Positions 22,123-34,309 of a stretch of DNA of 64,000 nucleotides are shown here, one piece after another (the stretch's first letter is position 1; each line of letters opens with the position of its first letter). Position numbers and translations under genes: made by a program. The DNA is taken from NCBI GenBank assembly GCA_032718475.1, contig JAUCBJ010008354.1, positions 1 to 64,000 on the forward strand. The letters run 5' to 3'. The DNA comes from Nemertoderma westbladi. Taxonomy: Eukaryota > Animalia > Xenacoelomorpha. The notes under the pieces were generated by a model. The model made no database searches. It worked only from the letters and a program-made list of their open reading frames with translations, and was not told where the DNA came from.

Positions 22123-25100
22123 AAGAGATTGCAGTGTGTGTAGAGTGTATGTCCGATAAAGTACTAGTTAGGAAGGTGGGGGCATCCAGTGCTGTAAGGT
22201 AAATCCCCCCCGAAAGAATAAGTCGTACTACTCGGTTAGAACGCATACTAACTAACCATTTCGGAGTCTGCATATACTGTAGTTTATTTAGGCTTGATAG
22301 TAGTCTGCCAGCGTTTGGTCTGTATTTTGTTTGTGTAGTCTGCACGGGTAGCGTAATATTTATTATTCAGAGTCTATGCTATTATTCGCAACCTACATAA
22401 CCCCAAGTTTACTCCTACAGTAATTGTGCTTGTTATACATATCGTTATAGTTAAATTAACCCCGGTACTACATCAGGGCTGCTTGGTGTAGGTAAAGACT
22501 GGTGATTTTATGCTCTAGTCACTCCAGCAGATACCGTGGCTCTTTTAGCTGTACAAGTATATTTAACTGCTGGTTATTTGTTGTATAAGTACTTGTACCT
22601 AATTTAGGGTTTAGTGTACAGTACTTTCCGAAAGTAATTAGTGTGTAGGCAGTATATTTGTGTTGTAAAGTGGTTCATAGGCACGTTAGCTCTGGTTGGC
22701 TGCGGTAATTAACTTCTAGGTAAGGACACTTCGGGTACATAACGTAGTACTTATAGAGCTGTAGAGCTAAAGACTATAAGTCGTCAGACGGTGGTATTTT
22801 CTTATCTGGACAATGCAATTTATTTACTACTGCTTAATTATTTTCAAATACCGTCGTTTCCTGTCCGTTTGTAAGAACCAGAAATTCTAACCCCTTGTTA
22901 GGCTGGTTTGTAGATTTCCTGCAAAATTACCCTAAAATTTGTACATGTAACCTTTTGTGTTTATTTAGAGATTGTAATCTTACATAGTAATTGTACGTAA
23001 ATTGTAGTGATAAGTAACTTAGTAAAGTAGAATTATTTGTTTTAGTGTCCAACAAGTAGCATTTCACTGAGAGCGTTCAGCTTCTGTGTAGTGACTCCTT
23101 ACCAGAAATAATAACATTTATTTCAAACATTGACAAAACCCATTATACGGGTATAAATATATTATAAATCAACTCAAACCGATTTATAAAATAGTAGGCC
23201 TGTTATACATCAATTAGGTCTTAATATCAGTTGAACTACTGCTTAATAACAGTAATAAAGTAAAGGAAAGTAACCCTAAAAATTCAGAAATTCAGTTATT
23301 CTAAAATAATTGACATTACCGGTATTTATAGTAGGCTTATTATATTTATTTTTATAAATTTGACTGAGATTATATACCGGTATTCTGTAATTAATCCTAG
23401 TCTATGATCATACTTATATATACTATAAGTGTATGCTGTATACCGGTATTTACGGTAGGCTTATTATATATATTTATATAATTTTATGCTGAAATTATAT
23501 ACCGGTATTCTGTGACAAATCCTAGTCTGTAATAATACTTATATATATACTCTAAGTGTATACCGGTATTCTAATATATTATATATATATCACGTTACAT
23601 TGAGTAACGATATCGGTAATTAATTACTAGGCTTACAGTTGATACTGAATTACTAGATCTGCTTAAACTGTCGTTATAGTAGTAGGCATTCAACTGTACA
23701 ATTAAACATGGCTGACACAAAGCAAACTCTGTCAGATAGTCTCCTAGAAAGAAAAGTCTGCGACTCCGACAGGAGTACCGAACATTTGAGACCAAAGTTC
23801 AAGTCCCCTCCTACTGTAAGAAAGGTCATTCCTCCAGTAGTAGTATCAGACCCTAGGATAGTAAAGCACCGTAGGTCTATCATAGGCACTTGGGCTCAAG
23901 TCAAGCGGGAACAAGAGGTAGCTATCAAACAGCAGCAACATCCGAACCGAGAACTTATTTCTCAGCGGCCCGATAGCTCTGTTAGTTCAGATACTGTAGA
24001 GTTGACACCCGAGCGCGGAGCAAAGATGGCAGAAGCAGTTTATTCGGATCCACTTCTCATACTTCCTGAAGCCATACTCACTAGGGTATTGATTGCGGTG
24101 GAGGAACATCAAATCGATTGGGCGAGAAGTAAGTGATCGACCAAGGACATTTATGCGGGATACACAATGGAGGAACTGAAGTCTATTGTCGAGACGCAAT
24201 GGAACTTCCCCGGACCCGGACTCCCGTTTAACTTATCGGAAGCTGCCTGGGAGGACTTATAGAGGATGGGAGTGGTAAAGGACACTAGAGATCCAGCTGT
24301 GTGGAAGAGGTCGGCATCAGGATATGTACAGGGATTCTTCAGCTCTTTGGAGCGATTAGAGGAACAACTGTTTCAACAACCCCAAGGACCTCAAGAGCAG
24401 GGAGAGCTGCTTTATCAAGTTCGAGAACGTATCCTAAGAATCAGACTAATCCTATCGGCCTTTGAGGAAGCCTCGAAGAGAAGCCAAGACACGTCTTTGC
24501 AAGTTGCCGTAAAGACTTGGTTCCAATGGGTGAGTCTTAAAGTTCAAGGAACGAACAATGGAAAATTCAGCTAACTGAGCGCTCGACCCACGGAGAATCA
24601 ACAGACGCTACCTTTTCTCAGGTGGAAAGCGAGGTTACATCAGAGAAACCTCAGAAGAAGGACGCCATTGACATCTATCTGTCGGACTATCAACGATTTA
24701 TAGGTGACAAAGAGCTAAGGAGATTGCTAGCTGGACTTCATCCTACTAGTGAGGGAGCCAAATTTGTGTTAGACTCATTAGATGCGGAAATGTTAGCCGC
24801 AGAGCAGGCTAAATTTGATGAATGCATCTTCATCGCTAGGGAACAGGAAGAACAATTAAAGAAAAAACGAATAGAAGACAGAAAGACAGCAGCAGCGGCA
24901 GCGGCACAAGTTGAAAGAAAAGCGGCAGCTGCAGTGGCAGTGGCAGAGGCAGAAAGAAAAGCGGCAGCGGCAGAGGCAGAAAGAAAAGCGGCAGCGGCAG
25001 AGGCAGAAAGAAAAGTGGCAGCGGCAGAAGCGGAAAGAAAGGCGGCAGAGGCAGTGGCAGCAGCAGAACGGAGGGCATATGAAGAGACAGTCCAACTAGA

Positions 25101-28100
25101 GTTGGAAAATCTTCAAGAGAAGCAAGACTACTTCAATAAACAAAGAACAGCTAAGCAGATGCAGATGATAAGTCGATCTACTCCCAAGAGACAGGGATTT
25201 ACATCATCTGATGAAGGAGATACAACAGATCCTGAAGGCGGAGGAAATGGATCTCGTTCCAGCAGACGTAGAAGAACGCCTCACCATCAGAAATTGCCTA
25301 ATTTGCCCCCAGCTGTGAGAAGGCAACTAGCTAGTGCAGACTTAGGTAGTACAGAACCCACAGACCAAATTATTAGAGTAGAAAGACTCCCTACTATAGT
25401 AGATGAGCCTGAAATAATTAGGCCTGTTCTCGATGCCACCCCTTCTGTGATAGAGACACCTGTACTTCCAGAACCTAACTCTAAATTCCCTTTGCCCCTT
25501 ACTAAACTACCTGTGCCCAGTAGAATAGCCCCAGAATCAGTCCCAGTCTTGGACGCCGAGCGAGACATCAACGATTTATCGCCCGTCGTCCCTCGTCTAC
25601 CCGCTACTATGTTGGCGGCTCCCGCTTCGGCGGTAGAGGGGGTGGATGAGCGATGGTGGGGAATGGATCTCCTGCTCAGACAAATGGAGGAAAATCGATT
25701 ACGTTCCTCCCAGCACATCCGAGAAATGGAAGGGACTGTGCAGCAGTTAAAGGGAACAGTAAGAGAGGGTAGGTTAGAACTGCAAGAAGTGCAGCAGAGT
25801 ATCGCGTTAGAACGCGATAAATTAGTAAATATACAAAGGGGTATACCACCACCCCCTGTAACAATGTGTCAACCTGTTAGGTCTGAAGTATTTCACGCGC
25901 AAGGTGTGGAGCCTACACGCATCTATACTGATAGTGAAGTAGAAACTCCTATAGTAAACCCTATTAAGGATAATTATAAACCTGTTGATAATGATATTCC
26001 ATATAGAACTGATCATAATCCGAGAAATTTATATACCGATAATTCGATATTAAATAATACGATGGCCCAAGAAAGTTCTACGCGTCAAATGGCTAGAACC
26101 GAAGCCCGTCAAGCGGTAAAGGTGGGAGAGATCGTCAAGTTCAACAGAGATGAGATGAAATGGTTACCTTTTAATGAATATTATAAAGATAACATACAGA
26201 ACTCTGTTCTATCTAACGGAGAGAAACATAGATTCCTCATCGAGTGCTTGGAAGGATCTCCCAAGTTAATGGCGTTAAAGTTTATTGGACATCCAGATGG
26301 ATTAAGACAAGTTTGGGATACACTAAACATCAGGTATGGTAATAGGACTAACATAGGTATTTGTATGCGAAATTGGTAGCGTCCCGAAAGTTTCTTAGCA
26401 GCGGGATTATAGAATTTTCCAATGAGATCCAGGAGATCTGTAGACAATTTGATTGGCTAGGTAAGTCTCATGAATATCAGAGTTCTATGGTTATTGGAGC
26501 TGTAGCATCTACCTTGCCAAAGGGTGGAGTGGGTACTCATTGGGACAAAAGAGTTCTATATATGATGGAACAACAACAAAGAGACCCTACCATGGCTGAT
26601 CTCATGTCATTCTTAAATAGAGAGGTAAAATTACAGCTCCTAAAGCAGTCCCAGAGAAGACACCGGAAAATAAGGTGAGTGAAAAACCCGTTTCTAGGAG
26701 AAAGGTAACACCAGTGTGTTATACAGACGACGGCGAAAGCCAGGCCTCTCAAGAGGAGAACAGCGGGAAAGACACCGACAGATCTTACTATGTCAACAAA
26801 GCACCTAAAGACGTAAGTAAATTTAAGTCTCGAACCAGTGACAGGAGAGAACAGGTAACAAAAACTCCTCCTATGTCTCCTAAGAGAATTCATGGAAGAA
26901 AGCCCGAGGAAAGAACAAGTGTGCACAACACTACCCAAGGTAAAGTAAGTAACATCAAACCAAAATGTGCATTGTGCGACGGGCCCCATCGTTTAAGTGT
27001 GTGTGATGAATTCTTAAAGAAATCCTTAAAGGATAGACGCGAAGTCATTGTGGGATAAGCGGTTGTGTTATAATTGTCTCTGACAAGGACACCAACGGCG
27101 AACCTGTTACTCAGACGCGAGGTGTGCTAAGTGCGGCGCGAAACATCATATCTTGCTGCACACCGAATTTGAAAGAAACAGCCCGAGTCAGGTAAGTGAG
27201 TCCGAACTACATGTCCAATTCAGTGATGTGAACGACACTGACCACAGCTCTGAGATGGAAGGATTTTACACGGACGAATTCTCCGACGAAAACGAATCCT
27301 GCTATCTGATAAACACCGCGGTGTACCGAGCGCTTACGTATGAGACTGAAACCGATAACGAAGCGCACCCGGTTATTCCTGACCGACAACCATCTTGGAA
27401 AGCGCCAACTTCCAAACTCGGAATCCGGGAATTCCCCGTAGTTCAGCTAAGAGTCCATGGATCAGGTAAGAGTTTTATAGTCAACGCCCTCCTGGACTCC
27501 GGCAGCACAGGAACATTCATCGATAAAGAACTAGCCGAAGACATCTTTGCTGGACAACCCAAGTTCCGAACTAAGTTGAACCTTTCAGGAATTATGCAGG
27601 TTTGGAAATCTACAGTAGCTACAGACTACTATGTAGGCGCGTTGTCCACTCCCCAGGACGAACTAGGAGAACACAGCATAAGGTCAGTAAAAATGGTAGC
27701 GATAAAGAACTTTGCTACCAGCCAAGTAGAACCTTACAACTGGGATGAAGACGATTTTACCCAGCAACATAATATCCCTAGATTCAACACCGACTACCCA
27801 GGGGTGAAAATATTGATCGGCCAAAATGCGCATGAGGCGCTTGAGACATTAGAGAAACGACCTGCTCGACCGCAACCATTGCAAACCTATGCGGGAAGAA
27901 CTAGAGTAGGTTGGTACTTCACTGGACCTTCCCGTAGAACGCTCATGGAAAGATTACCCACTGAACAAATACATCAGGTGAGTGAATGGGAAGAAGAAAT
28001 CAGTGAGGGAGAGATCACACCTGAGGGAACACCATACTCCTCGGATAACAACGATATTACCCAATTATATGACGAGGAAAATACAATCGACCTCCTCACT

Positions 28101-30314
28101 GAAAGTGAAGCTTGGAGAAATCAAGTGCACCTTTGCCATCTCATCCATCATGGCGGACAACTCGACTACAATGACGAGCTAAATGAGGTGATAGATCGAC
28201 ACAACGCTAAGATTCGCAACGAACACGCCGTACGATTCTTTACTCAAGAAGCTGTAGAGCCTAATTCCTATGACAAAGCACTATCGGTCGAGGAGGAAAG
28301 AGCCAAGCAGATCCAGGAAACGACTACATGTTTCCTTAGAGATCAAGGTAGGTATGAGATTGGTCTGCCATTCCGAAGGCGAGAACCCAACTTTATAAAT
28401 AACCGACCCTTGGCAGAGAAGAGAATCGCGCAACTACATCGGCGCCTTACAGCAAATGCTTCAGCTAAAGAGATGTACAAGACCCAGCTGAAGAAATTCA
28501 TCGATAAGGGATACGCAGAGCGAGTACCAGAAGAAACACCCATAACTGAGAGAACGTATTATCTAACCCATCATTACATTCCCAAACCCGGTAAACCCAA
28601 CGAAGTCCGGGTAGTATTTGATGGCTCCGCCCTTTACATGGGCCAATCCCTTAACTCTGAGTTGTTGCCGGGACCCAACTTACTCCAATCCTTGTTGGGA
28701 ATACTCTTAAGATTACGGCAATATTCGATCGCCTTCGCCTCGGATATAGAAGGCATGTTCTTACAAGTTAAGGCGCTGGATAGGGATCGAGACAGCCTAT
28801 GATTTCTGTGGTGGCCTGAAGGAGACCTCAACCAAAAACCGGTGGAGTACTGGATGACCATCCAGGCTTTCGGGATCATCTCGAGCCCCTCGAACGCCTG
28901 TTCAGTAGTGCGCACCACTGCTGATGACAACCGAGACGCCTTCTCTAAAGCGGTTATCGACAACATCAAACGGGATATATACATGGGCGATAATTTAAAG
29001 TCCCTCCCATCGGTGGAAGAAGCCATTGATGTTGCCAAGGGAACGGTAGAGTGCTTGAGACGCGGTGGATTTCGACTAACTAAATTCACAAGTAACTCCC
29101 GTGAGTTTCTGGAATCGATCCTGGTAGAAGACCAAGGAGTTAAAGATCTGGACCTAATCAAGGACGATCTTCCGGAAACCAAGACGCTTGGTTTGAAATG
29201 GGACACGGAGAGAGATATCCTGTTTTTCCAGCTAAAACAACGAGATAATCCAATTCGAAGTAAACGGATTTGTCAAAGTATCCTGAGCACTTATTTCGAT
29301 CCATTGGGATTTATTAGCCCAGTTATATTGGTTGCTAGGAGCTTAGTGCAACAAATGTGGCTTGAAAACCACTCGTGGGACGATCCACTTAAGGGAGAAC
29401 TACTAAAGAAGTGGATGAAATGGGAAGATTCTCTACCACCCATCGAGAACTTTACGATTTCCCGTTCATATTTTGGTCACGTTCTCCCCGCGTATTCCTA
29501 TCAACTCCATGTATTTGGAGACGCCAGCGATATGGGAATAGGTATAGTAGCCTACCTGAGGGTTGAAACTCCGGACGGAATTAAAGTCGCCTTGGTTACT
29601 TCTAAGGCCTTGATAAACAACAAGCTACGAGTTCCTTGAGCGGAGTTAAAAGCGGCTCTATACGCTACAGCCATCGGCCGGAATGTAACAGAACAGATCG
29701 ACTATCCACTGGAGAAAACTGTCTATTGGACTGATGCTTTACTCGTTTTGGAGTATATAACCAATGAAGTCTGTCAGTTCAGCGTCTTCGTTACCAACAG
29801 AGTAGCCATTATACTTAGTCGCACTAATGTAGATCAATGGAGACATTGCCCTGGGACGATTAATCCAGCAGAAACTGACAGATACTCCGGACTGGTTGGG
29901 TGGACCCGACTTCCTAAGTAAAGAAGAAGATGAATGGCCTCATCATCTTACCACGGCTGAGATTAGACAAGCCAAGGGAGCAGAGAAAGTCAAACTGTCG
30001 TAGCTTTAATAATGAATAAACACCATTCTAATATAACCATAGTCTTTATTATTACAAAAGCAGTTTTTATGTATAAAGCAACGGTAATTACTAAGTCTAC
30101 ATTACTAAGTGTAATGTAGTACAATACAGCAATGTAGTGTGTTACACTAAGTAGGCTTCCTAGCCTACCGGTACTACACAGCAGTTCAGTATGTTGTTAC
30201 AATACCTAGCCTAATGCATTACAGCAGTATAGTCCAGTACAACATTTTAAATTTCCCTCTATAGTTTATAGTAATCTCCACATACTCCCCTCCCAAATAA
30301 AAGGCATGTACCGT

Positions 30315-33300
30315 CTAAGTTTTGAAATGTTTATAGATTGTCCCTTTGCGGGTAGTAGATGGAGACAACATCCCAACCACTACTGGTGATATGTCCTGGA
30401 TTTGGTCCTGGGTGTTATTCAAATCTGAATACACCTCTCCAAGAAGGTCATTTTGAAAGTTATGAATTTCCTCTGACCTATCTTCCACAATAGACATTTC
30501 TTCTTGGTCAAATTCATTTCCAGAAATGCTGTTAGACCCACCCAAGATATTACTTTCAGTTTCCTCTCCTATTGGATTATATTGTTGTTGGGGTCCCCTC
30601 GATAGTTTACGTACATTCACTGTATCAGACCAACCATCCCCATCATTAACACGCACAACGTAGTCAGATAGAATCTCCGTAATAAATACTTTAGCCACCT
30701 GCTGTAGCTTTCCCTTCTTGCAATAAACCATCGATCCCACTTGAATCCAGTTTGGTAGGTTACAGGCATTGAGCTTAACGTTTGTTGGTGCTGGGTTTGG
30801 AGCAATTGTGGATAATCGACTAAAACCCATAAATCTCTCATGTGGTGATGTCCCTGTGACACGGTTCTTCAGAGTACGTATATTGCCTAAAGCATTATCT
30901 AGTTCTGACTCCCACTGCATAATAGTCTTTCCAGCTTCTCTTAATCTCAACTTAATAGCTGACCAAATGATGCCATTATACCTCTCGCATTGGCCATTAC
31001 CGGCTGGGTTATATGAAGTTGTTCTTGACTTTCTTGTATTCCATGAGCTTAAGAAATTACGAAATTTATCTGAAATCAGCTGTCTTCCTCTGTCCGAATG
31101 TATAGATCTACATGGCCCAAACAAGTTGAACAATATGGTTAAGCACCTTTCCATAGTTACCATTGTCATGTCTGGAACAGCAAAAGCAAAGGGAAACCTG
31201 GAGTATTCATCTACACAAACAAATAAATATTTATTTCGTGTTGCTGATGGTAAGGGACCCTTGAAGTCAATAGAGACTCTTTCCCATGGTGATGTAGACT
31301 GAATCACATTTCCTGGTGTTATTTGGGCAAAGTGAGGTTTTAACTCGCAACACAGCTCACACTCTCGACAGACATCCACACAATCTTGTTTCAGACCATC
31401 CCAACAGTGGTATCTTTTAATAAAATCATACAAGCGATCAACTCCAGGATGACCTAGTCCTTTATGAACCTCTCTCACTAAAGTCGTATTATTATACTGC
31501 CCATTAGAATTTAAAAGATTCCCATTAAAAGCAGTACATCGACTTAATGCATCAGCAATGACATTTTGCTTTCCAGGGCGATATTGAATATCAAAGTTAA
31601 ACTCTGCAAGTTCTAAACGCCAGCGACACAGTTTATTATTCTTAATTTTGCTTTTGGGGCGTTCATCCATTAAATATGCTACACCTTCTTGGTCCGTGAT
31701 TACTTCAAATTTCCTTCCTACCAGGAAATGACGCAGTTTATCAATACAGTAATGCACTGCAAAAGCCTCTAGCTCAGGCGTGGACCAGTTTTTCTCAACA
31801 GCAGTCAACTTGTGTGAAATGAAAGCCACAGGTTGACCATTTTGGGACAAGACACCACCTACAGCCAAACTCGAAGCATCTGTCTCTAGTACTAGGATAT
31901 CTGTTGTATTGGGAATCAATAGCATCGCATCTTTCAGTTTGGATTTGAGTTCAACAATGGCTCGGACACCAGCTTCATTTAATGGAAACTTTGGTGAATT
32001 GCAAGTATCAAATAGAGGAATTGCAACAGTTGCAAAGTTTTCTATCCACTTGGAATAATAGACAAACATGCCCAGTAATGTTTCTAGTTCCTTCTCCGTT
32101 TGGGGAACTGCCATTTCCATTAGTCCAGCAAATCGATCAGGGTCAGGACTGATTCTTCCATTTTTAAAGATATGTCCAAGAAATCGCAGTTCGTTTTGTC
32201 GGATCAGACATTTCTCTTTCTTAAATCTGATACACTTCTCTCGAGCACGAGTTAGAAATTCAATCACACGAGAATCATGTTCTTCCTTTGTTTTCCCCCA
32301 TACCGCCACATCATCTAACAATCCCGCACATCCCTCAATTCCCTCTATAACCGTCATAATTTCTCTTTGGAAAACAGCACTTCCATTTGTTACACCAAAA
32401 GGTAAACGAGTGTATTGATATAGGCGTCCGTTTGCTTCAAAGGCTGTATAAGGCCGTTCATTCTCTACAATGGATAGCTGATGATAGGCTGAGCGAAGAT
32501 CAAACCGTGAATAGAATATACCCTCTCCGATTTTATCCAATAGATCTGGAATGAGTGGTAGTGGGAAAGCATCAACTTCTGTAAACCGGTTTATAGTAGA
32601 GGCATAATCAATACAAACTCGAATCTTATCTCTCTCAGGAACCAACACACACTGAGATCTCCATGGGCTTGTTGATGGTTCAATGACACCTACATTTAAG
32701 AGTTTCTTAACTTCTAATTCAATTATGTGCTGGTCATCTTTGGATCTATAGCGCGATGGCATTCTTACTGGTTTTGTTTTTGGATCCATTCGTATAACGG
32801 AGACTGGTGGAATATTTAAACCAACAATTTTGTCATCAAACAAATCTTTAAATATTTCAAAGAGATCATCGTCAATATGCTTCTCAGAAGCAGAAATGCT
32901 AGACTTAGCAAATCCAGATACTGTTAAATTTCCAAGACTTCCTCCAAACTGTATATGTAGTTCATTAAACTGGTCCAATGCAGAGACACCCATAATTGCT
33001 GGATCACATAAATTCTTGGCAATAAACAGATTAACCAGAACATAGCGACCATCTATTTCCAAAATCTCTGTAGTTTCTCCAACCAAGGTTAATGGCTTAT
33101 CTCCAATATTTTTACAAAGTTCCGAATTCTTCAACCGTTTAAATGAAAGCCCCACTGATTGAGCTGTAGCTTCACTGACTACAGTAATGTCAGACCCTGG
33201 ATCAACTAATCACTGAATGAGCGAGTTATTTAACTTTGACTGTATAAATTTGCGATTACTAGAATATTTTTTGTTATCTTTCTCTTCTAGAGTTGCAACA

Positions 33301-34271
33301 CAATAATTCCCCAGAGTTGCGACATTATAACTCGCTGATTTACCCATTGCAGATCCAGTTTCGGATGTACCCTTCCTTGTTTTACATTCTCTTGCAAAAT
33401 GCCCAATTTTCCCACATTTGTAACATTTTTGGTTTTGAGCTCTGCAATCACCCTTATCATGCCAAGTGGTTATTCCACAAAAGAAACACTTCCAATTCTT
33501 ATCCGTTCCTGACCGGGGATTATTATAGCGGGTGCCCGAACTACACACATTCCTTTCTTCAACTTTGATTTCTGATAATGCAGATTGCATTGTCTCTACT
33601 AGAGGAGCAGCAGCCAATTTTCTCGAATACATAGTGTCTGTGTTATGGGAATCAGTGACTGCCTTTAAAGAAGACAATTCAACTTCAGCTGCTGAAAATG
33701 CATCTTCAAAACCGAAGCTCTTGGAAGACTTTTCCGCCATTTTAAAAGCGCGAAATACTGCAAGTTTCATGTCATCTAGAAACAATCCCGTACAAAATGC
33801 ATCTCTCAGAGCTTCATTCTCGAAACTCACTGGAAACTGACAAAATGAAATAATCTGTCGCAACTTTGACACAAAATCATCCAAGCTTTCTTTATCTACT
33901 TGTTTTGTTGAGTATAATTTTACCCGTTCACTCAAGGAATTTCGTTCTGCTATAAACTTCTTTGTAAGAAACTCTGCCACTCTTTGAAATTCCGTTTGTC
34001 CATCTGCTAGGACAGCCCACTGGCTTACTTCATCATAATACTTTGCTGCCTTTGTTCCAGCATATAACAACAAATAATCAACTTTATCATCTTCTGCAAC
34101 TTTGGATACCCGAAGATATCGCTTAAATTGGCTTAACCATATTTGGAAATCATCCACCCCTGGATTGAATATCGGAACTACCTGTTGTTTCAATCCACGA
34201 GGCCGATCCCCTCTGAATTCATTATTTCCACCATTACCTAGGGCGAGATCGTTACTCGCTGAATCTGCCAT
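30315..34271 (-). CDS. Gypsy-2 gag-pol in a single frame with one internal TGA (33210-33212)
   Basis: Gag with CFFC...H...C and CYKCGKIGHFAREC; protease LVDPGS just after the TGA; RT SPWRS, FDLRSAYHQL, LPFG, LLDD; RNase H ETDAS; integrase SIDFKGP, SDRGRQ, CERYN. Confidence 0.9.
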
Positions 34272-34294
34272 GTTGCAGTGCTCTTCTTAGATTA

Positions 34295-34309
34295 TTATAC
34301 ATAAAAACT
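34295..34309 (-). promoter_or_regulatory. Self-complementary primer-binding site of Gypsy-2 (AGTTTTTATGTATAA)
   Basis: 1 nt from the 5' LTR; 15-nt perfect inverted repeat with 34377-34391 in the LTR. Confidence 0.8.
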
